Below are positions 1-10,763 of a stretch of DNA of 64,000 nucleotides, piece by piece. Below the pieces are notes generated by a model. It worked only from the letters and a program-made list of their open reading frames with translations, searched no databases and was not told the DNA's origin. Made by a program: the position numbers and the translations under genes. Every line of letters starts with the position of its first letter. Position 1 is the stretch's first letter. The stretch spans positions 160,001 to 224,000 of the forward strand of contig CAWCTR010000008.1 of assembly GCA_963798485.1 (NCBI GenBank), written 5' to 3'. This DNA is from an uncultured delta proteobacterium. GTDB lineage: Bacteria > Desulfobacterota > Desulfomonilia > UBA1062.

Positions 1-186
1 CGGATCGAAGAAAAGGCGAGCCTGGCCGGTGCGAAGATTGCCGGGCGCATCAGGTACGACAACTAATTCACAAAGGCCCAGTTGTTTGCACACACAGTGG
101 CGGAAACGCAAGCGCCCTCGTTGGAAGATATCACCCATATATGGGAAACAATCACACGCAAGGGAGAGAAGAATGGGAATGGATGA
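1..186 (+). CDS. 3' end of MinD/ParA-like P-loop ATPase (4Fe-4S-containing, Orp3/Orp4-type); partial
   Basis: Frame 1 reads RIEEKASLAGAKIAGRIRYDN*FTKAQLFAHTVAE...DITHIWETI, like the GxIxYD..FTKAQ C-terminus of this family; internal TAA at 64-66 is probably an error; lies next to Mrp/NifX genes. Confidence 0.55.
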
Positions 187-1458
187 GGCCTCAAGGGAAA
201 CAAGAAAGACCTGCAGCACCTGCAGCGATGAATCATGCTCAGCCTCGAAACGAAAACAAGGCGAGAGTGATGAGGACTTTACAGACAGGCAGAAGCTTGA
301 AAACAGGCTTTGCAGTATCCGTCATAAGATCGTAGTGCTCTCGGGCAAGGGTGGAGTCGGCAAGAGTACGGTTGCTGTGAACCTTGCCGTAGCTCTTATG
401 ATGGATGGATGGACCGTGGGGCTGCTTGATGCGGACATCCACGGTCCCAGCGTGCCCACCATGCTGGGTCTGGAAGGTCAGAAGACCCAAAGCGGCGATG
501 GCGAGATCCTTCCCATTGAACTCGGGGGACTCAAGGTCATGTCACTGGGCTTTTTCCTGTCCAATCCCGACGATGCCGTGATCTGGCGGGGACCCATGAA
601 GATGGGGGTGCTCAAGCAGTTCCTCAGGGACGTGGCCTGGGGCGACCTGGACTACCTGATCGTGGATTCACCCCCCGGGACTGGTGACGAGCCACTGTCC
701 ATCTGCCAGCTGCTCGGCGCGGTGGATGGAGCAATTATCGTCACAACCCCCCAGCGCCTCGCCGAGGTGGATGTGCGCAAATCCATATCATTTTGCAGGT
801 CTCTGGGGGTACCTGTCCTTGGTGTCGTGGAGAACATGAGCGGGTTTGTCTGCCCCCGATGCGGAGAGGTCACGAATGTATTCCTCTCCGGCGCAGGCAC
901 GGCGCATCGCCCAAGACATGGGTGTGCCTTATTTGGGCTCCATTCCCATGGACCCCAATGTAGCCGAGGCATCGGATGCGGGTCAGCCGTTCATCCATGC
1001 CTTCGCGGCATCCCCCACGGCAAAGATCATGCAGGAGATCATCAGGCCCATCGAGGAGCTAAGCGAACGGGAACAGCGGGGATAACCCGAAGAAAAAAGA
1101 CTCAAAGGAGAATAATCATATGCGAATTGCCATACCAGTAGCAAACGGAACCTTGTGCATGCATTTCGGGCACTGCGAGCGCTTCGCGCTTATCGACGTG
1201 GACCCGGCAACCCGGAAGATCGCGGGCCGTGAAGATGTGCAGGCCCCGCCGCATGAGCCCGGACTGCTCCCCCCATGGCTCGCAGAGCGCGGCGCCACAT
1301 TTGTCATCGCAGGTGGCATGGGCCAGCGGGCTGTCGCCCTGTTCAGCCAGCAGGGTATCACGTGCTCGTGGGTGCACCCGCCCGGTACACCGGAAGCCCT
1401 GGTGGCGGAGTATCTTGCCGGAAGACTCCAGGCGGGCCGGAATGTCTGCGACCACTGA
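173..1458 (+). CDS. Mrp/NBP35 Fe-S carrier ATPase, probably fused to a NifB/NifX (Orange protein) domain (MrpORP-like); frameshifted
   Basis: SGKGGVGKST, DADIHGPS, WRGP, DSPPGTGDE, ENMSGFVCPRC motifs; frameshift near 895; removing one base near 1061 reads through ANGNSGDNPKKKDSKENNH into MRIAIPV...HFGHCERF...GGMG (1120-1458). Confidence 0.8.
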
Positions 1459-1573
1459 GCGGGAGGTCAAAGCATACGCACCTGCGGCGCACGGAGGAAA
1501 AGGAGGACTCCTTGGGGGTCCCCCTCCCAGAAACAGATAGAGAAACAATACAACAATCCCACAGGAGGATGAC

Positions 1574-3282
1574 GTGGTAGACAAGAAAAGGATCGTGGTG
1601 ATCGGCGGGTCCGCTGCCGGACCCAAGGCTGCTGCAAAGGCAAGGCGCATGGATGAGCATGCGGAGGTGGTGATCTTCCAGAAGGACGCAGACCTGTCTA
1701 TGGCTTCCTGCGGCTATCCCTACTACGTGGGCGGGTACTTTGACGACCGGAACATGCTTCTGTGCACGCCCACAGGCGTGGCGAGGGACCCGCAGGTTTT
1801 ACCTCAATGCAAAGGACATCATGCCCGGACAGAGTACCGAGGTAACTCCAGTATAGACAGGGAAGGGCGCACGCGTGAGTTTCGGAACCTTGCCACCGGC
1901 GAGACAGGCAGCATGGCCTATGACAGGCTTGTCATCGCCACCGGTGCCACACCCAAGATGCCCCCCATCCCAGGTGTGAACCTCAAGGGAATTACGACCC
2001 TGCAGTCCATGAAGGATGCAGACTTTCTCCGCAAGGTACGCGACGAAGGGACTCATCAAGAAGGCGGTCATTATCGGCGGCGGCCTTATCGGCATGGAGA
2101 CCTGCGAGGCCCTGGAACTGGCAGGCATTGAGATAACAGTTATCGAGCTGCTGCCGCAATTGTTGACATTTCTCGACTGGGACCTGGCAAAGCTCGTGGA
2201 GAACCACGTGAGAACCAAGCGTGCTAACGTTATCACCGGGCAATGGGATTGCGGAGTTCCTGGGAGAAAACGAAATACTCACTGGGGTGAAGCTGCCAAA
2301 ACGGGACCGAGCTGCCCTGCGAACTGGCCGTGGTGGCAATCGGCGTGAGCCCCAATGTGAAGCTTGCCAAGGAAGCAGGGCTTGCCATCGGAGTCGACCG
2401 GCGGCATCGAGGTGAACGAGTACATGCAGACCTCGGACCCGGACATCTATGCCGTGGGCGACTGCGTAGAGACCCTGCATCGCATCACTGGAAAGAAGGT
2501 CCTGGCTCCATATGGGGACCTAGCTAATCTCCAAGGGAGGGTGGCGGGCGAGAATGCGATCCTCGGCAATGTGGTAACCTTCCCCGGCACCATCCAGACC
2601 GGCATCTGCAAGGTATTTGACTATCTCGGCGGGCTCCACGGGCCTGTCCGAGACTGCGGCGCGGAAGAACGGCTATGAGGATATTATTACTGTGATCAAT
2701 GCGAGTACGGATAAACCGAACTTCATGGACGGGTTGTTGGTAATCACTAAGCTTGTGGCGGAGAAAAAGACGGGAAAAATCCTTGGCGCCCAGTGCGTAG
2801 GTCCAGGCAACGTGGCCAAGCAGATCGCCCAGTGGGCCATGGCCATCCAGGCGGGTATGCACGTGGAGGACATCGTGAACGCAGATCTCCCCTATGCGCC
2901 TCCTTTCTCGCTGGCCATCGACCACTTCATCGCCACGGCCCACCTCATGCAGAACAAGATGAAGGGCAGGCTCAAGGGCATTTCGCCCATGGAGGTCAGG
3001 AAAAAGCTGGACGAGAATGACAGGCCGTTCTTCCTCGATGCCCGGGGTCCCGACGAGTTCGAGCAGATGCGCTTGGGGATCGGCGAGACACTCATCCCGT
3101 TGGGCGCCCTGAGGAAGCGGCTGGGCGAGCTGCCCCAGGACAAGAACAAGGAGATCATCTGCTACTGCAAGATCTCGCTGAGGGGCTATGAAGAGGCTCT
3201 GGTCCTGGAGGCAAACGGATGGAAGAACGTGAAGGTCATGGAGGGCGGTATCGTGGCATGGCCCTATGCGCGGGAGAAATAG
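1574..3282 (+). CDS. FAD-dependent CoA-disulfide/persulfide reductase with C-terminal rhodanese domain; multiple frameshifts
   Basis: GGSAAG, SMASCGYPY (redox Cys), ATGA, IIGGGLIGME, DIYAVGDC, YAPPFS and rhodanese YCKISLRG are spread over ORFs 1574, 2016, 2221, 2330, 2364 and 2617. Confidence 0.85.
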
Positions 3283-3366
3283 GTCTTTGTAAAAGGATTG
3301 CGGAGCGTTACATGAGTAATCATCTTTTGCAGAACGATACATGTGCAGTTCATGAAGGAGGTGTGT

Positions 3367-4317
3367 ATGAGTATTCTTGAAGCAGACAGGGTGGAGATCC
3401 TTACCCTGCAGGACAACTACATCGATGTCACGGCCATGGACAACTCGGCAGTAATCCAGCGGGCAAGTCCATTGAAGGACATGCAGATCAAGAGTTCCAT
3501 CCTCGCCGAGCATGGGTTTTCCGCCCTGGTGAGTGTACATGCGGATGGGAAATCTTCATCCCTGCTCTTCGACTTCGGTTTCTCCGAGGACGGTGCTGCC
3601 CGGAACGCAGCCATGCTGGGGGCCGACCTCAAATCAGTGGCCACGATGGTGCTGTCCCACGGGCACTCGGATCACACCGGGGGACTCATGAGACTCAGCT
3701 CCATGGTGAAGAAGAAACGCGGGGTTGAGTTCGTCTGCCATCCAGGGGTTTTCATGAGGCCCCGGTATCTGAAATTTGGTGAAGAGATCAAGGTATACTT
3801 CCCGGAGTTCAACAAGGATACGGTGCTGAAAAGGGGGTTTAAGCTCGTGGAAACCAAGGACCCCTACGTGCTCCTGGATGGCCGTGCCTTGTTCCTGGGC
3901 GATATTCCCCGCCTCACCGATTTTGAAAAGGGTTTCCCCATTGCCCACCGGGAAGAATACGGCCAGGAGAAGTGGGATGCCATCGAGGATGATACGGGCA
4001 TAGTGTTGAACGTTAAGGGCAAAGGGCTCGTCATTTTAACCGGATGCGCCCATGCAGGCATCGTCAATACAGTCCGCCATGCAGTGAATATCACTGGTGT
4101 GAAAAAGGTGTGCGCGGTGATCGGCGGGTTCCACCTAAGCGGACCTTTCTTCGAGCCTATCATAGAGCAGACCATAAGAGAGCTGAAGGAGATTGATCCG
4201 CTCTATGTGGTGCCCACCCACTGCACGGGCAGGAAGGCCATCATGCTCATAGAGAAAGAGATGCCGGAGAAGTTTATCCTCAACATGTCAGGCACGAAGC
4301 TGACCTTTGCGGCATAG
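3367..4317 (+). CDS. MBL-fold metallo-hydrolase (COG1237-type)
   Basis: AEHGFS, SHGHSDHTGG, TGCAHAG, GGFHL, PTHCTG motifs; AAGGAGG RBS. Confidence 0.9.
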   Translation: MSILEADRVEILTLQDNYIDVTAMDNSAVIQRASPLKDMQIKSSILAEHGFSALVSVHADGKSSSLLFDFGFSEDGAARNAAMLGADLKSVATMVLSHGHSDHTGGLMRLSSMVKKKRGVEFVCHPGVFMRPRYLKFGEEIKVYFPEFNKDTVLKRGFKLVETKDPYVLLDGRALFLGDIPRLTDFEKGFPIAHREEYGQEKWDAIEDDTGIVLNVKGKGLVILTGCAHAGIVNTVRHAVNITGVKKVCAVIGGFHLSGPFFEPIIEQTIRELKEIDPLYVVPTHCTGRKAIMLIEKEMPEKFILNMSGTKLTFAA

Positions 4318-4395
4318 ACATCCGGGTGCTCTTACTTGTAAGAACCAGGGGAAAAGGATAGGCTGATTGCAAATGTACATGGAATGGAGTGTCTC

Positions 4396-5397
4396 ATGGA
4401 TGTTCAGGATCTGATCAGAAAATCTCAGGATGGATTCCAGTTGAGGAAAGATGAATTGATCTACCTCCTCGGCCTGCGTCCTGATTCTTCGGAGTCATAC
4501 CTCGTCATGGCCGAAGCCAACCGCATCTCCACGGAGTTGACCGGTAACCGTGCAGAAGTCCATGCACAGTTGGCGTTCAACCTGGCCCCTTGTCCGGCCA
4601 ACTGCAGGTTCTGCTCCTTTGCCCGGGTAAATGACGTTTTCAAGGATGAAACACGTATAACCCCGGAACAGGCCGTTGCTTATGCCCGGCAATTCGAAAA
4701 TGACGGTGCCAATGCGGTGTTCGTCATGACCACGGCCCACTACCCCTTTGATCTTTTCATCGAAATCTCCCGGGAGGTCCGCAATAACCTCAACCCTGAT
4801 ACAGTCCTCATCGCCAATGTGGGAGACCAATCATATGCCAATGCAAAGAAAATGAAGGATATAGGGTTTGCAGGTGTCTACCATGCACTTCGGCTGAGGG
4901 AAGGTGTCGATTCAGGTCTTGCGCCGGAGAAACGTAAGGCGAGTATCCGTAATTTTCAAGAGGCTGGTCTTCTGGTGGGCACCTGCGTGGAGCCTGTGGG
5001 GCCGGAGCACACTGACGAGGAGCTTGCAGACTTGATCCTCTATACGGCATCGATCAACCCTGCCTACAGCGGCGCTGCCCGGCGTATACCCATACGCGGG
5101 ACTGAGATGGCGAAGTGTGGGGCTATCACTGAGCTCCGCATGGCCCAGATTGTGGCTATCACCAGGCTCGGCATGCCCAGGACCGTACTCGGTAATTGTA
5201 CCCATGAACCATGCACTCTGGGTGGTCTTGCCGGTGCGAACCTTTTTTGGGCGGAAGCAGGGGCCAATCCAAGGGATGTCCAGGAAAAGACCGAGGAAGG
5301 CAGAGGCGAAACTGTTGCCAGCTGTCGGGCCATCTTTACCGAGTGCGGATGGGAGACCTTGGAAGGTCCGTCTCGTTACTACAGCAAGCATTGTTAA
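4396..5397 (+). CDS. Radical SAM protein (BioB-like superfamily, function unknown)
   Basis: CPANCRFC = CxxxCxxC; conserved CVEPVGPEH, CTHEP, GANPRD segments. Confidence 0.85.
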   Translation: MDVQDLIRKSQDGFQLRKDELIYLLGLRPDSSESYLVMAEANRISTELTGNRAEVHAQLAFNLAPCPANCRFCSFARVNDVFKDETRITPEQAVAYARQFENDGANAVFVMTTAHYPFDLFIEISREVRNNLNPDTVLIANVGDQSYANAKKMKDIGFAGVYHALRLREGVDSGLAPEKRKASIRNFQEAGLLVGTCVEPVGPEHTDEELADLILYTASINPAYSGAARRIPIRGTEMAKCGAITELRMAQIVAITRLGMPRTVLGNCTHEPCTLGGLAGANLFWAEAGANPRDVQEKTEEGRGETVASCRAIFTECGWETLEGPSRYYSKHC

Positions 5398-5641
5398 TGG
5401 AGTAAACAAAAAAGCTTGCTCATATTATCTTGTTTGTATTCGTTTTTGAAAGGAAGTACAAAACGAGACACTGTTCAGAAACAGCTTATTTGGTATCTAT
5501 AAATATATTGCATTAAATAGATAACCGCATTCTCATCCATTGCCTTCGTGAATATGAACCTTATTTTATTCATCAGATGAATCACTCCGTCAATTCGACT
5601 GGAGTTATGAACGACGATTAACAAAAGAATGGAGCATTGTT

Positions 5642-6361
5642 ATGCCTGAGGAAATCAAGGCAGGATGCGCGCGGCCCACAGGTGGGCCGGTGGGTGATGA
5701 GCCAAAGACAGCACCTCCTGAGCAGGAGAGTATCAGAAAAGAGACGAAGGTTATGATCAAGGTTGGAGGCAAGGCCCCAGATTTTATGTCACCGGCTTAC
5801 TTGAAGGACAAGTTCGTGCAAATGAAACTCTCGGATTACTTGGGCAAGTGGGTGGTGCTCTGCTTCTACCCGGGTGATTTCACCTTTGTCTGAGCCACCG
5901 AGATCTCGGCAGTTGCCGAGAAATATGGCGAGTTCCAGAAGCTCGGGGTGGAGGTCTTCTCCATGAGCGTGGACAGCGTGTTCGTCCACAAGATGTGGAA
6001 CGATCATGAGCTTTCCAAGATGGTCACGGGCGGAGTGCCATTTGCCATGCTCTCCGACGGAGGCGGCCGTGTGGGAAGCGTGTACGGTGTCTATGACCCG
6101 GACGCAGGGGTGGAGATGCGGGGGAGGTTCCTCATCGACCCAGACGGAGTGATACAAGGGTATGAGGTACTTACCCCGCCTGTTGGTCGGAACGTGAGCG
6201 AAACGCTTCGCCAGATCCAGGCCTTCCAGCTCGTGAGAAACAGTAAAGGAACCGAGGCAACACCGTCAGGATGGAAACCATGCAAGATTACACTCAAGCC
6301 GGGACCGGATCTTGTGGGCAAGGTTTGGGAGGTGTGGAAGACCTCTATGGCATTCGACTGA
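5642..6361 (+). CDS. prxU: Selenocysteine-containing peroxiredoxin (AhpC/Prx family)
   Basis: ORFs 5642-5893 and 5948-6361 are in one frame joined by TGA at 5891-5893, exactly at the peroxidatic position ([14 protein letters not shown]). Confidence 0.92.
5904..5921 (+). promoter_or_regulatory. Putative SECIS element of prxU
   Basis: Hairpin TCTCGGC-AGTT-GCCGAGA begins about 10 nt after the in-frame UGA, as expected for bacterial SECIS elements. Confidence 0.7.
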
Positions 6362-6381
6362 TACAGATTCTTAATCTACCC

Positions 6382-6421
6382 ATAACAGAGGTAGGGGCAA
6401 TATAGTCCCTACCTCTGTTAT
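6382..6421 (+). terminator. Hairpin/terminator after prxU
   Basis: 15-bp inverted repeat ATAACAGAGGTAGGG...CCCTACCTCTGTTAT. Confidence 0.7.
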
Positions 6422-6735
6422 ATGTGAGCCTACCATTAACACCTAGAATGCTTTGATAAAAAATCATCAGGCTAGAACACTTAATCTACACCGTTGATTT
6501 TATGCAATCAGGGTTTTTCGACAACCTCCAATAAGATGGTTGGTTCCATAATGTCCCAGAACCGATGATCTTCAAATATTACCTACACAAACAGACAGTT
6601 CAATCTAGAGCGAACCTGATGGCATGAAATCTTCACTTTCCCTTGCCCATTATTTACTATGATTATCAAAATAAATCTATTCTCTGGAATACCCATTGGC
6701 CTCGGCATATTAATTTACAATTTCTCTCTAAGCAC

Positions 6736-7020
6736 TTACTCCATTTTTGCCAGGGCTTCCTGCGTTTGCTTCAGTCAGTAGCTTTTTGGAGTATCCTTCA
6801 TCTCCAGGTACATTGATTCTGCCTTCTTCAAGTTCTCCATAGCTTCTTCTTTGCGGCCGACATCAAAGAAGAACTCTCCCAGGAGAAGATATCCAAAGGT
6901 GATGAATGCTTTTAATTTTCGTTCCTCAAGTATCAAGAAGCCTTGTTGAATTCGTTGCAGGGCATTATCGATATGTTGAGGGTTTGCTTTCCCTGCTAAG
7001 CACCCAAGTAATATCCTCTG
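6736..7020 (-). pseudogene. C-terminal remnant of a TPR-like helical protein (as in cyclase/AAA-TPR proteins)
   Basis: Minus strand reads ...IQQGFLILEERKLKAFITFGYLLLGEFFFDVGRKEEAMENLKKAESMYLEMKDTPKSY*LKQTQEALAKME*; no start codon, internal TGA at 6775-6777. Confidence 0.55.
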
Positions 7021-7178
7021 GATGTGGACCCGACGCTTGTTGACCTAATGATAGTGCAGATTTCAGTCAAATCAATTTCTCCTCTCTATAAGCCACATTT
7101 GCAGGTTGGCCATAACCAAATGGTGCACCGAAGCTATATTTACAGAATATCATCAACGATGTGATAGCAACGACATCT

Positions 7179-7937
7179 TCAGATGATAATGCCATTTTCC
7201 TTATTCCATCCCACGGCAATGATTCTCTTTCCGTTGATGCACCTTGCCTCCTGGGATGCGAGATAAACGGCAGGAGGCCCCATGATCTCAGGCTTCAACA
7301 GCAACGCCTTCTGTTCCTGGGGGAAGGTTTCCGGGATCATCCCGGTCAGCGTCGCTCCGCCCGGCAGTAATATATTCATATTGATTCCTGTCCCTTCCAA
7401 TTCCTGGGCCCAGATCAGGCTCATCGACTCCAGGGCGGCTTTCGATGGGCCATACGGAGAAAACCCCTTTCTCCTCATGGTTTCAAGATTTATGGAAATG
7501 TTGATGATGCTTCCCCCCTTCTGCTTCAGCATGTGAGGGATTACCGCGCGTGTCACCAGGAATACGCCATTGATGTTTGTATTGACCACCATCTGCCACA
7601 TGTCAGGGTCGGCTTCCCAGAATGGTCTGGAATCGGTCATGAACCTTTCGTTCACGAACCTCATTCCCCGGGCAGCGTTGTTCACGAGGATGTCTATGGT
7701 GCCGAACCTGCGCAAAGTTTCATGAATCAGATTGTCCACGTCATCCTTGTTCGTAATATCCGAAAGCAGGGGAAATGCTTGTATACGTGCGGCCACTTCA
7801 TCGATCTCTTTCTTGTCTCTTGCAGAAGTGATCACAACCTGCGCGCCTTCATGCGAATAGGCTTCTGCAATGGCCTTTCCAATGCCTCTCCCTCCTCCGG
7901 TAATGATCGCGACTTTATCTTTCAAGGCATTCCCCAT
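7179..7937 (-). CDS. SDR family oxidoreductase
   Basis: TGGGRGIG, DILVNNA, YGPSK (YxxxK). Confidence 0.92.
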   Translation of the reverse strand: MGNALKDKVAIITGGGRGIGKAIAEAYSHEGAQVVITSARDKKEIDEVAARIQAFPLLSDITNKDDVDNLIHETLRRFGTIDILVNNAARGMRFVNERFMTDSRPFWEADPDMWQMVVNTNINGVFLVTRAVIPHMLKQKGGSIINISINLETMRRKGFSPYGPSKAALESMSLIWAQELEGTGINMNILLPGGATLTGMIPETFPQEQKALLLKPEIMGPPAVYLASQEARCINGKRIIAVGWNKENGIII

Positions 7938-7990
7938 CTTATCTCCCTTCTTAAAAGCAGTCCCTCATGCACTGGGCTACCACCGGCTGT

Positions 7991-8284
7991 TCATCTGCTC
8001 AAAGCTGCTGTCGAGCTCTGCACTCCGGCATTGTTCACCAGTATGTTCAGATTGGGGAAGCTTGCCGTTACCCACTCGGCCAGCACCCTCCGGTCGGATC
8101 CATCGGCCACGTTGTATTCTCTGACATGCAGGGCCTGATGTCTGGCCTGTGCATCGTGGAGCCGGTCCTTCCGCCGTCCGCAGATGATGACCTCGTTCCC
8201 CGCCTTCAGGAAGGCTTCTGCCATTGCATAGCCTATCCCAGTTGCGCCGCCTGTGATCAGCAAGGTGTTCCCTGAAATCTCCAT
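7991..8284 (-). pseudogene. Truncated SDR oxidoreductase (DltE/COG3967-like), N-terminal ~90 aa only
   Basis: MEISGNTLLITGGATGIG...ICGRR...NILVNNAGVQ then ends; catalytic YxxxK half is absent. Confidence 0.75.
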
Positions 8285-8363
8285 GTGAATTCTCCTTCAT
8301 CCCCTCGATGGGGAACCATGTTGGCCGTACATTTCTCCCACGCTTCTCTGCAGCCTGAGGCCG

Positions 8364-9029
8364 CTATTTTTTGAGGGGATATCCCACGGTCTGACCGAAG
8401 AGCACCCGCTGGTCGGTGCGCAGGTTCAGTCTTTTCGCAAGAGCCGGTTTGTTGCAGTTGTGGAACCAGGAGGCAAGGCCGTGAGATGCCGCAAACAGGT
8501 ACACGTTGCCTGCAATGAGTCCTGTATCCACAAAATAATATGACTTCTGGATCTCGGGGTCCTGGAGGCCGGGCTCCTGGAACCCGGCTGTGTTAGCAAG
8601 CTTGTCGATGTCAGCCACATAGATGAGGCGGACCGGGGCATGGGCCCCGACATCCGGCTGCCGTTCCCCCAGCGCTAGGGATCGCAGGTCTTCGGCAAGG
8701 ACCGGGATCAGGGTGTGGCGGACCGCGTCATATAAAAACGTACCCTGTTCCATGGTGACGTACAGGTCGATTTCCTGCGAGTTGCTCGCCGATGCGGCGG
8801 TCCGCCCGCGGAGCCCTATGGCAACCTTCTTGCGGTTCACCCCGCACGCCGCCCAGAGGAGATTCGACAGCACCTGCAGGGGAAGCCTTTTATCCCGTAT
8901 TTCGCGGATGGTCTTCCGCTGCCGCAGGGCTTTCATCACGGTTTTTCCTCCATCGAACGTGGGCTCCGGCATCTCGATGGGCAGCAGGTTTTGTGAAGAA
9001 GCACTCCGGAATCCCTTTTTATCATCCAT
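8364..9029 (-). CDS. Nitroreductase family protein (SagB/ThcOx-like)
   Basis: ALRQRKTIRE, LSNLLWAACG, RTAASASNSQ, DTGLIAGNVYLFAAS, QTVGYP. Confidence 0.85.
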   Translation of the reverse strand: MDDKKGFRSASSQNLLPIEMPEPTFDGGKTVMKALRQRKTIREIRDKRLPLQVLSNLLWAACGVNRKKVAIGLRGRTAASASNSQEIDLYVTMEQGTFLYDAVRHTLIPVLAEDLRSLALGERQPDVGAHAPVRLIYVADIDKLANTAGFQEPGLQDPEIQKSYYFVDTGLIAGNVYLFAASHGLASWFHNCNKPALAKRLNLRTDQRVLFGQTVGYPLKK

Positions 9030-9122
9030 GAGAGAATCCTCCTTTCTTTGCCTCATCATCATGGGAAACGTTTATCCGTAATCTTCCATTTCATGAGGAG
9101 GTATAGGAGGACCTGCCTCCTG

Positions 9123-9755
9123 TCAATGGGCCTCGAGGGCACTCAGTATGGCAGCGGAATCCTCCACTACGAAGAGCTTGCGCATGTTCTTTAGGGAACG
9201 TTCGTGGGCGTCCCTGTCCATGGAGGAAACACAGTCCGATACTACCACCGGATAGAACCCCCTGTTCGAGGCATCGCGTGCGCTGGATTCGATGCCTATC
9301 TCCGTGGCGATGCCGGTGAAGATGACCGTGGTGATGCCCCTGTTGCGCAGCATGGGCTCGAAATCCGTGCCCAGGAAGATGCTCGCTGTGGATTTCCGAA
9401 GGACGGCATCCCCTTCCCCGGGCCGGGCGTCCGCGGGGATTTCAGCCTCATGCGCGCCGGGTGTCATGAAGGGCGGCAGCTTGTTTGGATCGTCCACGCC
9501 AAAACGCCTCATCATGGAATAGAAGCCCCATGATGAGCGGAAATCCACGGGCAGCGGGGTGATCAGTGTGTAGAAGACGGGCATTCTGCCGCGCGCCGAA
9601 TCGATGAGCGGCTTCAGGGCAGACATGAACTCCACCCTGTTGAAGATTCTGTCCGCCAGGCCGTTTTGCACATCCCACACCACGAGGCAGGAATGGGAAG
9701 GATCGACGATCTCCCTGAGATTCTCGTACAAGATAACCCCATTTATGTTCTTCAT
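9123..9755 (-). CDS. Isochorismatase-like cysteine hydrolase family protein
   Basis: LVVWDVQN, K..ASIFLGT, TGIATEIGIESSARDA..RGF (the usual catalytic Cys is not evident). Confidence 0.85.
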   Translation of the reverse strand: MKNINGVILYENLREIVDPSHSCLVVWDVQNGLADRIFNRVEFMSALKPLIDSARGRMPVFYTLITPLPVDFRSSWGFYSMMRRFGVDDPNKLPPFMTPGAHEAEIPADARPGEGDAVLRKSTASIFLGTDFEPMLRNRGITTVIFTGIATEIGIESSARDASNRGFYPVVVSDCVSSMDRDAHERSLKNMRKLFVVEDSAAILSALEAH

Positions 9756-9812
9756 CGTGCCTACCCCCTTTTATATCTGGTTTTTTATAGAGATATGAAG
9801 AAAAGGCGCTTC

Positions 9813-10466
9813 CTATCCCCCGTCATTCCCGGCCAGTCGAACCCCTAGTTCAAAGGCCTTTTCACAGTCGAGTGGAAACACTTTCTTTCGCCTCAAGGCC
9901 TTCTTCTCAGGGTCGAATCGGGGGGCAAACACCTTTGAATAATCCTCAAACTGGTAGGTGTCGTAGCTGCACAACGTCTCAGAAGACCCGAATACTCTTT
10001 CCAGGAACATCTGATTCAAGCTGATATGGTGATCGAATCCACGCTCTTTCGCCATCTCCTCTGTTGCACCCAGTGTATAGATGAAACCGGTCTTAATTTT
10101 TCTCGGAAATATAGTGTCCGGAGGGTCAGTATAGGGCGTGAAGGGGAAAACCAGGCGCTCCATGAATGATCTCATATGCCCTGTTGCTGTTCCCAAATAG
10201 ATCGGTGATCCGAAGATGACTGACTGAGCGTCCAGAACCTTCTCGAAGATGGGTGTCAGATCATCCTTTACTGCGCACCTGCCATAGCTTTTCCCGTTTT
10301 TCATCTTACAGGAAAAACAGCTTATGCATCCTTTATAATTCAGATCATACAGATGAATAAGCTCAGTCTCCGCACCCTGCGACAATGCCCCTTCCAGGGC
10401 CTTTTCCAGAAGGGTCGCCGTGTTCCATTTCTTTCTGGGGCTTCCGTTGAATGCGATAACCTTCAT
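9813..10466 (-). CDS. Iron-sulfur flavoprotein/flavodoxin family (NADPH-dependent FMN reductase)
   Basis: NGSPRKKWNT, GCISCFSCK...C, GSPIY. Confidence 0.9.
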   Translation of the reverse strand: MKVIAFNGSPRKKWNTATLLEKALEGALSQGAETELIHLYDLNYKGCISCFSCKMKNGKSYGRCAVKDDLTPIFEKVLDAQSVIFGSPIYLGTATGHMRSFMERLVFPFTPYTDPPDTIFPRKIKTGFIYTLGATEEMAKERGFDHHISLNQMFLERVFGSSETLCSYDTYQFEDYSKVFAPRFDPEKKALRRKKVFPLDCEKAFELGVRLAGNDGG

Positions 10467-10763
10467 CCTCAATCCCTCCTATGAATCTGATATATGAACA
10501 TCTTAGGTGTATTACCACCCCTTAGAGCCCTCATATTAAGAACTTGATTCATAAAAAGTAGCCCCTTGATAAATAGTTTCTTTTTAAGACGTTCATGACT
10601 TCATGATTGTTTACAGTGAGGGTTCATTCTGCGGTATACAAGAAGCTCTATCCTAGGAACTAAGGAAACCTCAACATTTATAAAATTGTAGAACCCATCT
10701 ATTTGTAACCAATGCCATAACACCATTGATTTTGAGATGACTAAATTAATTTCCAGAGGCTAG

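Noticed and set aside
60-2700. Many frameshifts and a stop suggesting pseudogenes or programmed frameshifting
   Set aside because: Indels are dense, sometimes mutually compensating (e.g. ~1360-1383), leave catalytic motifs intact and are confined to patches; this fits low-coverage sequencing error. Read data would be needed to confirm.
6511-6528. IS terminal-repeat-like GGGTTTTTCGACAACCTC
   Set aside because: No partner end or transposase found; too short to support.
6775-6777. Second selenocysteine codon
   Set aside because: Lies in a start-less remnant at a likely Trp position (TGG to TGA), with no redox motif or obvious SECIS.
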